Assembly: GCF_006345805.1 (NCBI RefSeq)
Contig: NC_042997.1
Coordinates: 108,190,001 to 108,254,000, forward strand
Reading direction: 5' to 3'
DNA length: 64,000 nucleotides
Source of the DNA: Octopus sinensis
Taxonomy: Eukaryota
The notes below the pieces were generated by a model that was given only the letters and a program-made list of their open reading frames with translations, was not told the DNA's origin and did not search any database. Shown here piece after piece: positions 38,237 to 50,504 of the stretch (positions are counted from its first letter, which is position 1; each line of letters opens with the position of its first letter). The translations under genes were made by a program, and so were the position numbers.

Positions 38237-41200
38237 CGACAAAAACGGACACAATTGCTATCATTAATGAAGAAATACTGAAAGAACTCAAGAAAATCAA
38301 CACAGACCTGTTAACGTTTTTTAAGAAATTGGACTCGACACGTGAACCCAATCGGGAGAGCAATGAGGAAATCGATACGAAAAATACAACCTCCGAAATC
38401 GGCGAAAAACTTGGAAACCTATGTGAAACAATTAAAACATTCTTCTCAAACAACGCAAACCAAGGACCACCGAACGAGGAAACTTTATGGCATTTATACA
38501 TTAACAGCATAGCAAATGAAAAACCACATAGTACCACAATGTAGCAAATCACTCGACGATAGAAAGTTCGCCTTTTGGAAGGTGATCCAAAACAACAACA
38601 AAGCGAATATATCAGAAAAATGGTTTAATCTGACTCTGTTAATGCCCCACCCCCCACCCCACCCCGCAAACTCCAGATCAAAGCCATTATAGATGAAGTT
38701 GCGGCACAAAGGCGCCTTAGGGAAGAATGGTACTGGAAAAAAATGGAAATAGAACTTCTAAAATTGAGGGCTCCGACAAATGAAGATAAAGTAAAATCCA
38801 TTGATGAAGAGATCAACAAAATGACTCAAGGCCCCAACCTAGAGATCTCAAAACAATGGAAAATGATTGCGACAAAGAAGAACTGAAATCCCTCCCATAC
38901 TGGGGAAAAAACGCCACTTGGTTTTCAAACTATGAAACTGTCTTTCAAACAGAATACGCTTCCAACAACCCTTTCCCAAAAATAAGAAAATCAAAACAAA
39001 ACTCAAACACAATTTCACACCTATCTAAAAAAACAAAATCATCTCCCCTGCTGAAAAAAGAATACAAGACATAACCTTAGCTTCATAACCCACCCGCCAA
39101 ACAACAACGGGGGTACACCAACAACAAAGATATAAGAAATCTCTACCCACAGGATAGACATTAGAACCCCCCACCAAGGGGATGCCAGCGTAATTTTTAT
39201 TCCAACAATCTACTTAACAACCACGTACAACAAATCCATACCACACGAAATAATTACCAACGACGGCCCTCAAAAGTATCACATCCGAACATTGAATATA
39301 GAGACACTCTTTTCAATCGTCTTCCAAGAACCCGCACCATTAATCACGACAACAGGTAACTCCACCATAACAGGTGACAACTACATAACAGCAATCATTT
39401 TTTTAGACCCAGTACACAAACACAGAGATACAAGATAGCACCGAACATAAAAGAGAACCCAGAAGGGATAAGTCATCTAACTCTCAAAGAACTAACACCA
39501 GACCAAATCAAAATACTCTGCAAAGGGCTCAAATTTACACCCACCCACCCCAGTGCCCCAACTACAACGAAATGAAATAAGACGTTGCGAAATTCTGTAG
39601 AAACTTACGACTCGCCGAAGAACTATATGACGTACAACGAGGACGAATCATTAGCCAGAAATAAAAGTAACTACACCCCATCAAAAGGTAAGAACAAAAT
39701 TATTGACCATTTCTGAGAACACATTACGAATTACACATATCAACCCATACACAAACAAAAATACAAACCAAACTTCAGCAAAAAAAGAATGTTTAGCTCA
39801 GCTAAACAGATTAAAGGATGATAAAGCAATAACAATAAAAGAGGCTGATAAAAGGAGTGCAGTAGTCTTAATGGACACGCGCTGTTATATAACCCTAGTA
39901 CTATCCATATTAGAAGATACAACATATTATGAAAAGGTCCAACACTACAGTCAGCAGAAAATAATGAGAAACCTAAAACCCATGTTAAACCTATACAGAG
40001 AAGGGCTCACCGACATGGAATACGACTATATGACAAACTCCAAAAGTAAATCCAGTCAATTTTACGGCATTCCCAAGATACATAAAAGGGAAAAAATAAG
40101 CAACGCATGCAGGGAAGCCACAACATAATAGTCAAGGTACCTACACCCGATGATCTCAAATTAAGACCCATAATAGTAGGCCCAACATGCGAAACTTACC
40201 ACCTCGGCAACTTTTGAGATACCCTCTTAAAACCATTCCTCAAGCATACCAAAAGCTATATAAGTGACGACCTAGATATACTCAACTACCTCCCTGAAAC
40301 AATCAATAAAAAACCCTACAAGTATCCTTTGATGTATTCAACCTCTATTCTAATATCCCCCACAGCCTAGGAATAGAGGCAATCCAATTCTGGTTAGAGA
40401 ATTACTCCAATGACCTCCCACACCGAATCAAATTGAATTCGTAATAGAAGGGCTAAAATTCATCTTGGAGCATAACTTCGTATTCAATGACAACTTCTAT
40501 CAACTGAAATCGAGGACTGTGACAGGTACGAGAATGGCCCCTCCCTTTGCTAACCTAATCATGGGGTACTTAGGAATCACTCTTTATTGTAAAGTACTAG
40601 CAAAATACGGAATCCCCTTCTCCCTTTACATAGCAAATAACTGGAAGAGATATTTAGATGACTGCCTCATTCTTTGGCATGAAAGTACAGAGGGACTTCA
40701 AGAATTTCAAGCACTTCTGAATGGACGTGACATAAACATTCAATTTATGATGGAATATAGCCATCAACAACTTCCATTCCTCGACATCGTCATTAAGAAA
40801 CAGACACATACTATAAGCCCACGAACTTCAAGTAATATCTACCGTTCAACTCATGCCACCCTAGACACACTAGAATGAATATCCCTTTCAGCCTGGCAAA
40901 AAGGATTTGCACGATAATGTCTAATACACGACTACATGAGCTAAAAGATACACTCGTCAGCAGGAATTACCCACCATCACTAACTGATATAGGTTTTTAA
41001 CGTGCCCTACAACTCGACATCTACGAACTCAGACATATCAAACTAAAGAATGAATTACAACCTATAGCCTTATAATACATGTCCACACACAAACCCCTAA
41101 ACAATTAGGCCTTCGACACCATCCTCCAGAACATTCATTTACTAAAAAGGGGCCATAGAATGAATCAAATCCTCCAAACGCACACCATCATAAAGAGCAA

Positions 41201-41690
41201 AAGACAGCCCAAGTCAATGAAAAGTTTTCTAACACAAGCCCAAGTACACTTGTCGACAATATCGAAACCGTCATTAAAAAAAATGCAGAAGACCTAACTG
41301 TGGTATATGCGTCAACCTAATTGAGGGGTCGGAGCTCTTCAAACAGGGTCAACATTTTACAGTGAAAAACAACTTCACATGTGCTTCAGAAAACCTAATA
41401 TATGTGTTAACTTGCTCAGGGTGTTGTGAGCAATACATTGGTTAGACTAAAAACAGTCTACGCCAGAGGATGACCGTACATAGATTCCAGATTAAAATAC
41501 GGGAATAAAGAAAAATAGCATTAAGTGAAAACATCGACATTTGCACCACTAATGAACAACCCAACTTTAGAATTTTTCCCTCCATAAATTTAGGGACAAG
41601 GCAACCTATAATCAGCGCATTAGCAAAGAAACATATTTTATCGAAATCTCTTTTGAACACTTCCACCACATATGACACGACTACGAGGAT
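38237..41690 (+). mobile_element. Near-full-length decayed Penelope-like element, Neptune-type (RT plus GIY-YIG)
   Basis: KGLKFTP, ITIKEADKRSAVVLMD, FYGIPKIHK, GTRMAPPFANLIMG, WKRYLDDCLILW, LPFLDI, Cys linker CRRPNCGIC, FTCASENLIYVLTCSGCCEQYIG, R..KETYFI; many stops and frameshifts. Confidence 0.92.
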
Positions 41691-41714
41691 CTTAGACTAA
41701 TACCAACACAAATA

Positions 41715-42780
41715 TTAAAATCGATAGATATATACGTTGATTTTGCTAAAGCCTTCAACTCTGTGCCACACAAACGACTCATGGTAAAATCTCTGCTATG
41801 GGTGTGAAGAATGATCTCTATAATTGGCTGAAGTCCTTCATTCTCGGTTGGAAAGAGATAGTTACGGTTCTAGGACATTATTCTTCACCCTACAAGATGA
41901 CTTCTGGTGCACCACAGGGATCCTTTCTTGGACTCCTACTGTTTGTTACATATATTAATGATATAGATGCCAACTTGATGAATGTTACAGTGCTGAAATA
42001 TGCAGATGACATCAAGCTGTACCTCGAAATAAAAAGAACAGATCCTATTTGCTATAGATCTTTCCTGCAATCAGACCTGGATACAATGCAGCAATGGATC
42101 TCTGACTGGCAACTCAACCTAGCTGTGGACAAGTGCAGCACCATGAATTTTGGGAGGGAAAATCCAGTCTTTACATACTCTCTCTCAGCAACACCAATCT
42201 CAAGAAGTCTTCTAGCGGACGTGAGAATGTAAACAACGATCTGCGTTGGACAAACCACGTCTCTAAGATTGTCCAGAAGGCTGAGGGAGAAGTGGGGTGC
42301 TAGCATCACTCAGTGAAACCTTTGTCAGCCGCTCTCCACCTATCTATTTAATATTGAATACGACAATGGTACATCCGCACCTGGAATTTGCATCACCAGT
42401 CTGGAACCCCTATCTTGCTCAGCATATAAATCTCCTGGAAACTGTTCAGAAACGTGCAACAAAACGAATACCCGCCGTCAGACATTTACCATACTCTGAA
42501 AGTCTTGCTTCCCTGGGCATGGATACATTGAAGCTCAGATGTCTAGTAACCAACTTGGTTGACACCCACAAGACTATCCACCATCTTTCCAACAACAACC
42601 TTGGGCACCTTTTTGAATTCCATGACAAACACTCGCGAACATGCTTATAAAATCAACAAAAGAAAAAAAACAACACAGCACCCATGACTTTCGGAAACAT
42701 TTTTTTCCTGCTCAGAATTGAAGCATGGAATAAACTGCCTGCATCAGTTGTTAGCTTTCGAGACACCACATCCTTCAAAA
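41715..42780 (+). mobile_element. 5'-truncated CR1/L2-group LINE abutting the Penelope 3' end
   Basis: YVDFAKAFNSVPHKRL, SGAPQGSFLGLLLF..YINDI, KYADDIKL, LQSDLD...W..DWQL, HPHLEFASPVWNP, LETVQKRATK. Confidence 0.9.
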
Positions 42781-43023
42781 CTTCCATCATTCCTGAAATC
42801 CGCCAACAGTACACCTGATGGCCTTTCTTTTTCTTTTTTCTATTTTGGAGTACATCTGAGTACTGTATACAACAATTTCTTTCATTATATCATGAAGAAC
42901 AGTCACTACCCATGAATTTATTTAGACCAGTTCCTACCACAGCTGCTACAACAACAACAGGACACTTTTAGGTCACTTGGTCGTTAAAGTAGATTCTACG
43001 GACAGCTCTACTACTGTGTCATA

Positions 43024-43130
43024 CCATTCCTGTCTTCTTCTTCTTCTTCTTCTTCTTCTTCTTCTTCTTCTTCTTCTTCTTCTTCTTCTTCTTCTTCTTC
43101 TCTTCTTCTTCTTCTTCTTCTTCTTCCTCA
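43024..43130. repeat. (TTC)n microsatellite
   Basis: Direct reading. Confidence 0.95.
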
Positions 43131-43140
43131 GCTGCTGCTT

Positions 43141-43430
43141 AAACCATCAAACTTCAGAACAATACATTTCTTTGCACCCATAACCATTATTTCTTCAGAT
43201 CTGCCCCTAACTACCGAGCCTTCACAAAGGAAAAGAGAGAAAGAAGGAAGGAAAATGTCCTACCTATTTGAAGACTATGGAAATATTTACAAAACATTTC
43301 ATTTATTTGAGTTGAAGAAGTCAAAAAGACTGAAACCGGTACAAAATGCATTTCATGATAAAATTATTTTAGCATTTTCTACCTTGTCTTATTTTCCTTA
43401 TACATATCAACTTGTGTGTCACTTTTCAAC
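43141..43430 (+). mobile_element. Penelope pLTR copy, inverted relative to 37951-38236
   Basis: Homology begins at aaaccatcaaacttcagaac and ends at cacttttcaacc. Confidence 0.8.
43305..43347 (+). ncRNA. Degenerate minimal hammerhead motif
   Basis: atttgag-TTGAAGA-AGTC aaaaa GACT-GAAA-CCGG-TA-caaaat; stem I imperfect. Confidence 0.6.
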
Positions 43431-43439
43431 CTTACATAC

Positions 43440-43472
<33 letters not shown>

Positions 43473-43589
43473 TGTATGTATGTATGTATGTATGTATGTA
43501 TGTATGTATGTATGTATGTATGCATGTATAAATGCATATATGTATGTATAAATATATGTGTGAGTGTGTATATATATATGTGTGTGTAT

Positions 43590-43800
43590 GTGTGTCTGTC
43601 TGTCTGTGTTTGACTCCTACCACCGCATGACAACCAGCGTTGGTGTGTTTACGTCCCCGTAACTCTACGGTTGGGCAAAAGGAACCGATAGTACCAGGCT
43701 TTAGAAAAAAGTTCTGAAGTCGATTCATTCGACTAAAAATTCCTCAACGTATAACTCCAGCATGGCCGCAGTCTTATGACTGAAACAAGTAAAAGATAAA
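43590..43800 (+). mobile_element. SINE family B, 3' part
   Basis: tgacaacc...gtttacgtccccgtaac...ctccagcatggccgcagtcttatgactgaaacaag. Confidence 0.78.
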
Positions 43801-44339
43801 AGTGGGCATATTTTAAAAATTTACCTGCATAAAGTTGACACACAAAGGTGATTATTAATGTAGAATGTGGAAACAGATTGTTATGGCATTCTGTGTGAAC
43901 AAAATGAGACGTCAGCCCCCATTAATATAATGTCAAATAGAAGCTGGACTCATAAAAAATTCTGTTTCTGAACGCTACAAACTGAGGACCCCCTTTTTTT
44001 TAATTTCTTTTCTCTTCCTCTGACTACTGGTTTTCCCCTGTTTTCGTTTGTATACATTTACATTTAGTCCGTACGATGTTAAATGTTCTTCATACGACTG
44101 ATAATTATCGCATTGTCCTACTGCACTCACTCCCAAAATTTAAAAGGCAACGGAGACAGCCATTATTAACTACCATTTCCTCCAGCACATTTACCCCTAT
44201 TTCTTCTTCCCTTTCTCCCCCTCTCAATCTCTCCTTCTCTCTCCCTCTTTCTCTCGCTGTTTATTTTTAATGACCACCAGTAGAAATCCCTCGCGCACTA
44301 ATCCAATGGAGACCGCCTCCCCTATGTCGTACAGAAATT

Positions 44340-44440
44340 TAACGAAAGAAATACTGTTGCCATCGACTTCGGTAAAACTTTGCGTCGTGTCTAGCATACA
44401 GATCTGGGATCGAAACTGTCAGGCTATGGAGTCGATCTGC
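44340..44440 (+). mobile_element. Short decayed LINE RT fragment
   Basis: TVAIDFGKTLRRV*HTDLGSKLSGYGV, resembling the DFSKAFD.V.H..L..KL..YG motif. Confidence 0.5.
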
Positions 44441-44508
<68 letters not shown>

Positions 44509-44569
44509 AACACACACACACACACACACACAAACAAACAAACAAAAGGACGTTGAGAACGATCAAGTA

Positions 44570-45370
44570 TCCTGAAACCAACTTTGTTGAGGGAAATCAG
44601 TAATAACATTAGGGAACGGTACCAACCACAGCCAAAAGAACAAGACTTTCACCATTTCGGTTAAGAATATAAAAAAAAAAATGCACGCTGTTATATTTAC
44701 CAATTTTAACACATTACTAGCAATATCACCCGGCGTTGCTCGGGTTTGTTTCGACTCTTTAGAATTGGAATTTTTGAAAAGTAAAAATTTTGCATTGTGT
44801 AGCTTGTTATTCTCTTTAAGTGAACATTTTTCTGGTTGAAATACACCGAAAAATGGCGACACAGCAGACAAACAATAGTAAAAAAATAGGGATTTTCATA
44901 AAAAAAAAGTACCTTTTTGATGTAAATAATTTTTGGTCTTAACATGGTCCGATTTGAATTTTATCTTCTACGAAAGGAAGAGCAAGCCTTCTTCTATCAT
45001 ACTCTCAATTTTGGTCATCTTGCGCCGCAGGGTCTCAGAGGAGATAGTGTTAGATGAAGGCTACCAAACCTGCCACACACAGACAACTTCAGCTTTATAT
45101 AGAGAGAAATTATATGAAACACTGGATTTCACTAAAAATTTTAATACCATAAATGATAATGATATTGAAGCGATAATGAATACCTGGAAGACTCTGCGTT
45201 TCGATAAGAAGTTTGCTTGGGTTCGAAGATTGTTCAGTTTCTTTTGTGGAAACATGAGGTCGTTCGGCGGCCCTGAAATATGTGATCTTATACGACACCT
45301 TTTCATATATAAGAACTTCACTTCAACATAGTTTGATCGTTACAGTGCTGACGGGTTACCGATCTCTATT
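44570..45370 (+). mobile_element. Second Naiad-type Penelope RT fragment, split by a Helitron
   Basis: LDFTK...IEAIMNTWKTLRFDKKFAWV...NMRSFGGPEICDLI...RYSADGL, resembling Naiad MGSFDGAE.CELVG and YRDDGL motifs. Confidence 0.65.
44717..45107 (-). mobile_element. Non-autonomous Helitron (about 390 bp)
   Basis: Minus-strand 5' TCTCTCTATATAAAG; 3' hairpin cccgagcaacgccggg followed by CTAG|T. Confidence 0.75.
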
Positions 45371-45435
45371 TATGCAAATAAGCACGCACCAGACACAAAG
45401 CAAAGATATCCAAGCATTCAATTCATTCAGCCATA

Positions 45436-45670
45436 TAAGGCGTTGAGCTGGCAGAAACGTTAGCACGCCGGGCGAAATGCGTAGCCGTATTTCGTCTGCC
45501 GTTATGTTCTGAGTTCAAATTCTGCCGAGGTCGACTTTGCCTTTCATCCTTTCGGGGTTGATAAATTAAGTATCAGTTACGCACTAGAGTCGATGTAATC
45601 GACTTAATCCCTTTGTCTGTCCTTGTTTGTCCCTTCTATGTTTAGCCCCTTGTGGGTAGTAAAGAAATAA
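45436..45670 (+). mobile_element. SINE family A, full length (tail type 1)
   Basis: ggcgttgagctggcagaaacg...gagttcaaattc...ttagccccttgtgggtagtaaagaaataa. Confidence 0.88.
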
Positions 45671-45979
45671 ATTCATTCAGCCATAGCCAGAAACGAACTC
45701 TTGTTGTTCCTAGATGCCACCCCAGAGTTAAACAATACATATAATACCAACCATTTAGAAAATTTAGTAAAAAACATTTCACATGAACACAGGATTATAC
45801 CACCCAGATTTTAAAAAAGAACTTTATCAATAACAGAAGTAGAAGGATTTAAAATCTGTCCTCTTCTGAAATGATTCTTATTATAGCATTATCTTTGAAG
45901 CGAGTGGATAACAAAGATTAGGTTAGGATCCCAACAAAAATTAAGAAGGAAATAAGAAAAGGCGACTTTGAAGGGTGGA

Positions 45980-46180
45980 AAGCTGGCAGAAACGTTAGAA
46001 CGCCCGGGTGAAATGCTTAGCGAAATGCTTTACGTTCTGAGTTCAAATTCCGCCGAGGTCGAGTTTGCCTTTCATCCTTTCGGAGTCGATAAATTAAGTA
46101 CCAGTTGCATACTGAGGTCGATCTAATCAATTGGGCCCCTCCCCCAAAATGTCAGGCCTTGCGCCTAGAGTAAAAAAGAA
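45980..46180 (+). mobile_element. SINE family A (tail type 2)
   Basis: Same body; ends ccccaaaatgtcaggccttgcgcctagag. Confidence 0.85.
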
Positions 46181-47149
46181 AAGAATATTATCTGGCTTGC
46201 ACTGTTCTGTTCACTAACATTTAAATCTAGGAGTTTAATCTAGGAGACCTTATATATGAAACTGTGCAACAAATACCACCTTCAAGTAAGTGTTATCTGT
46301 GCCACTCAGAGAAAGGAACTTATATCTCTTGTCTACCATATGCACTAGGACAGATTTCTCATGTAACAAGACCAGTGCATGCCTTCTAAATCCGAACCTC
46401 AGCACTGTTCGAACATCACAGTAGTATAACAGAAGAAAATGATTTACATGTCATGTTTCTTCCTTCGGGGACCACATTGATAAGCAAAATAGAACACGAC
46501 TCGCGAGTTATATATATATATATATATATATATTGAAAGAACAAGTTTTTAACTATTGGAAAATCAAGGATTTATTGAGATGGCAATAACAGATGTAACC
46601 TATGCATTGCTGAGAGAATACAGATATGACCAAAAATCACTACAATTAGGGATACATATTAATGCTAAGTTTGAGACCTTTAGTAAATAATAAATTTATC
46701 TTACGTGACGAGGACACAGTCACCCAGGATATAATATTGTATTTATGCAAGTGTTAGAAAGCAAGAGCCCCAAAGTAGAGGGTCTGGATATGCGGATAAC
46801 GTCTAGCGCTACATTTCCAACTTTACAAAACTTTACTTTGATTTTAGTGACAACACAAAAAAAATTGTAAAATTGGCGAAAAGGAATGCTACAGGATGAC
46901 CTGACGGATTTAAATTTATATTATAATTGTAATGATAGCATGTTCATCGGTATTTTCCTTCTAAACTACTACAGAACATAATTTTGAAAGTGGAAAGATG
47001 TGTATACACACCTTTGGATATATGGATGTCAGAATACATACATACATACATACATACATACATACATACATACATACATACATACATACATACATACACA
47101 CATACATACACGTATGCCTTGCATACGTTGCTGAGGTCTCCGGCATTCA

Positions 47150-48100
47150 TTCATGGTCATTGGTGAAGGTCCTAGTTGGTCGCCCCACAGGAACAGAGTC
47201 ACCTGCGGATGAACTTCCCGAAGCGCGAATGGCAATTGCTAACTGCTGTCCTCCTCCTGTTGCCGTTTGACTTGTAGCAATGGCTTACGACCGGGAAACG
47301 TCGCTCCCTGTGTTGCGTCGACGCAGAAGGCGAGGGCCAGATTGTTCTCTCCGTTTTGTTGTCCAGTTCTGTCTCTCCAGTCTACGGTGTTCAATAGAGT
47401 GCAAACGTGGACCGTATGATATGGAGGACAGGTCGTTGTCCATGCAACAGCAGCATGCGCGCCGCCCTAGGGTGAAGGTGCCTGGCTTAGTGGGTTGAGT
47501 ATTCAGCTCACAATCGTAAGGTCATGAGTTCGATTTTCAGCAGCGCGTTGTATCCTTGAGCAAGACACTTTATTTCACTTTATTGCTCCAGTCCCTTCAG
47601 CTGGCAAAAACGAGTTGTAATCCAAAGGGACAGCCTCGTCACACTGTGTCACACTGAATCTCTCTGAGAATTACGATTAGGGTACGCGTATCTGTGGAGT
47701 ACTCAGCCACTTGCACGTTAATTTCACGAGTCGGCTGTTCTGTTGATCGGATCAAGTGGAACCCTCGTCGCCGTAACCGATGAAGAGACAGGTTTTTTTT
47801 TTCTTTTTTTTAAGGTCTCCTCCCCTTTTTTTATGGCTCCAAAAGGACACCAGAAACTTATACAATGTGACACCAGTGAGCATCGCAGGAGTTGCCTAAA
47901 CACGGTTGTAGATGACATTGAACCGTTTCAGCGGCACCGACTCCCGATTTTTCCCACAGGGTTTACTTCCGAAGCCTTTGCCATAGTTGGGTATGGCTGC
48001 AAGGCAGCGGAGGTTTGGAATCAGAGTTTTCCTTACCCTACACGGGCTACACTGCCCCCACTCACACGCGCACACATTCACCCCCGGCTAACGGGCTCCA
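47150..48100 (-). mobile_element. Probable RTE-clade LINE 5' region, interrupted by a SINE
   Basis: aaggaaaactctgattccaaacctccgctgccttgc...aaaggcttcggaagtaaaccctg resembles recalled RTE/Expander 5' UTRs; no clear protein motif seen. Confidence 0.4.
47485..47785 (+). mobile_element. SINE family C
   Basis: cctggcttagtgggttg...gagttcgatt...gtatccttgagcaagacactttattt. Confidence 0.8.
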
Positions 48101-48281
48101 TTTTCTCGACTGACTTGATAATTAAGCCATAACAGGGGTCCTGATAAGGGATACGATTCTGGATCAGAGAAGACCTGCGAACATTAGCGGTTAAGACGTG
48201 GTTTCACACTCCACTTCAAAACCCTGGAACTCCCGAACAAGGGCCTCAGTACCGGATACTATTTAAAGTCATACCCATACC

Positions 48282-48715
48282 TTGTTTCAGCCATTAAGAC
48301 TGCGGCCATGCTGGGGCATCACCTTGAAGGGTTTTAATCGATTAAATCGACAACTAAGATTTGTTTTTTTTAAAGTCTGATACTTATTCTATCGGCTTCA
48401 TTTACTGAACCGCTAAGTTACGGGGACGTAAAGAAACCAGCACCGGTCATCAGGTGGTGTAGGAGAAACACACACACACACACACGCACGCACGCACACA
48501 CACACACACATATACACACACGCGCGCGCGCGCCCGCGCGCACACACACACATATATATATATTTATTTATATACTATATATGCAACGGGCTTCTTTTAG
48601 TTTCCATCTTCCAAATCCACTCACAAGGCTTTGGTCGACCCGAGACTATAGTACAAGACACTTGCCCAAGGTGAACCCGGGACCATTTGGTTGGGAAGCA
48701 AGCTTCTTATACACA
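48282..48715 (-). mobile_element. SINE family B with internal (CA)/(CG)/(TA) runs
   Basis: Tail gtttcagccattaagactgcggccatgctgg; head cacttgcccaagg...aagcaagc. Confidence 0.8.
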
Positions 48716-49129
48716 CATACATACATACATACATACATACACACATACATACATACATACACGTGAGAGAGAGAGAGAGAGAGAGAGAGAGTGTGTGTGT
48801 GCACGAATTTCTGTAGGTTTATAGATGAACACTTTATGATTGTTTGAGATGAATAAACGGAAACAGGAAAAATCAAGCATCCTTGCCCTGTGATCATTGG
48901 GAAACTGAGGGTTGTTAGTTTTAATTATACTTGATAAGGATTTTTAAAAATTACATTTTGTCGCTGCATGTTTATATATTAATATTTATGTCCCTACAGA
49001 CATAACACGTCAGGAACTTCTATATAGTCGTTCGACCTGCCAGTAATCACAACCAAATTCCTTTTAAAATCACACTGTAGTGTCTTGGAAAATGTTGTCC
49101 CAACTATACCTTTAATTACAAATCTGCTA

Positions 49130-49360
49130 AAGGCGGCGAGCTGCCAGAAACGTTAGCACGCCGGGCGAGATGCTTAGCGGTATTTCGTCTGCCGTTACGT
49201 TCTGAGTTCAAATTTCGCCAAGGTTGACTTTGCCTTTCATCCTGTCGGAATCGATAAATTAAGTACCAGTTGCGTTCTAGGGTCGATGTAATCGGCTTAA
49301 TCGCTTTGTCTTTCCTTCTTTGTCTTCTCTGTGTGTAGCCTCTTGTGGTTAGTAAAGATA
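49130..49360 (+). mobile_element. SINE family A, full length
   Basis: aaggcggcgagctgccagaaacgttagcacgccgggcg...gtggttagtaaaga. Confidence 0.85.
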
Positions 49361-49445
49361 TCAATTACAAATCTGTTAAGTGAAGTATGGACTGGCACTA
49401 AATACGCGTGTGTTTATGGACACGAAGCTGGTGGGAAGACGATGC

Positions 49446-49522
49446 CAGTTGCCAGGTCTACCTCCATTCAGTTGCCAGGTCTACCTCCATTCAGTTGCCA
49501 GGTCTACGGCCACTCAGTTGCC
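49446..49522 (+). repeat. 23-bp tandem repeat, about 3.3 units
   Basis: Unit cagttgccaggtctacctccatt at 49446, 49469, 49492 and partially at 49515. Confidence 0.9.
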
Positions 49523-49855
49523 TTCGTGCTGTAGCACAAAGCTGGGAGTTAAGAATCGACCTGGAGAAGAGTTGATGGATGCCTGAAACTGTCGCCTCGA
49601 CATTGCAACTGCTGGGCATGATGCTTATCTCAGAAGCACTCAAACAGGTGGTTCTGTTTGAATTCTCCATTTTCTGAGAAGACCTTATTGAAGAGGCAAA
49701 CGAGAGGAGGAGAATGAAACATGTTGAGCTGGTGGAGTGAAGCTGAAACAATCGATGGCAAAGTGAGATGTGACCCCATTGAGTTGCTTTACAGAAGGTT
49801 TTCAAACCAGTCCCCATTACAGAGCTCACAGCATGCATGACATTACAGATGCCAA

Positions 49856-50193
49856 TGTAGTGGTTTCATGCAGGCATGGCGTAGATTCGATCCTCGATCG
49901 GCAAATTTCACTTATCAGTTCAGCAGAACTTTTCTCGTGGTAAAACAATAGTTCTTCTGTGAGTGACAGCAGTTACATTTGCCAGATGCCTTCGCTAAGC
50001 AGAATAATGTCTTTGCCACTTGGCCCTTCTAACCTCTTCTAGGTCACCAAAAGTTAGTGAGAATCGAGTCGGGTGTTACCTGTGTAACGGTCTGTATTAT
50101 GATATATATTGGAGTCGGCAGATGTGCAAGATGAAAGAAGAACAGTGGCATGGATTCGATCATCGATTGCCATGCCTGCATGAAGCCACTACA
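49856..50193. mobile_element. 338-bp non-autonomous element with TGT...ACA ends, 25-bp TIRs and a 4-bp TSD
   Basis: TIRs 49856-49880 and 50169-50193 match at 24 of 25 positions; flanks are ccaa and ccag; excising it restores the Hero reading ITDARR.KAIK. Confidence 0.8.
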
Positions 50194-50405
50194 CCAGGAG
50201 GTAGAAGGCCATTAAGCTCCAACGGGAGTGTTGAAAGTAGTGCTACTTCGGGGTAGTGCTAATTAGACACAAATTGGGGCTTGATTATTAACCTTGAATG
50301 GGTCGCCTGAGTAAAGGCGCCAGATGTTGAAAGAAGGGAAAAACCGAATGAGCCTAGGAAACATCACTTATGATGTTTCCAGATGCTTCACAGGCTGACT
50401 TGTGG

Positions 50406-50457
<52 letters not shown>

Positions 50458-50504
50458 AAATACACGCACACATATCAACAAGCACACTTATATACAGCTT
50501 TTCT

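Larger units (their letters stand above)
49390..50390 (+). mobile_element. Decayed Hero-type (R2 group) RLE retrotransposon 3' end
   Basis: WELRIDL...LISEALKQVVLFE...EDLIEEANERR.MKH.ELVE, resembling Hero RPDIVL.SE..KQV.LLELTVPWE..EEA.ERK..KY. Confidence 0.72.

Noticed and set aside
49446-49522. Short direct repeats resembling a CRISPR array
   Set aside because: Units are contiguous with no unique spacers, lie inside a retrotransposon, and the DNA is eukaryotic.
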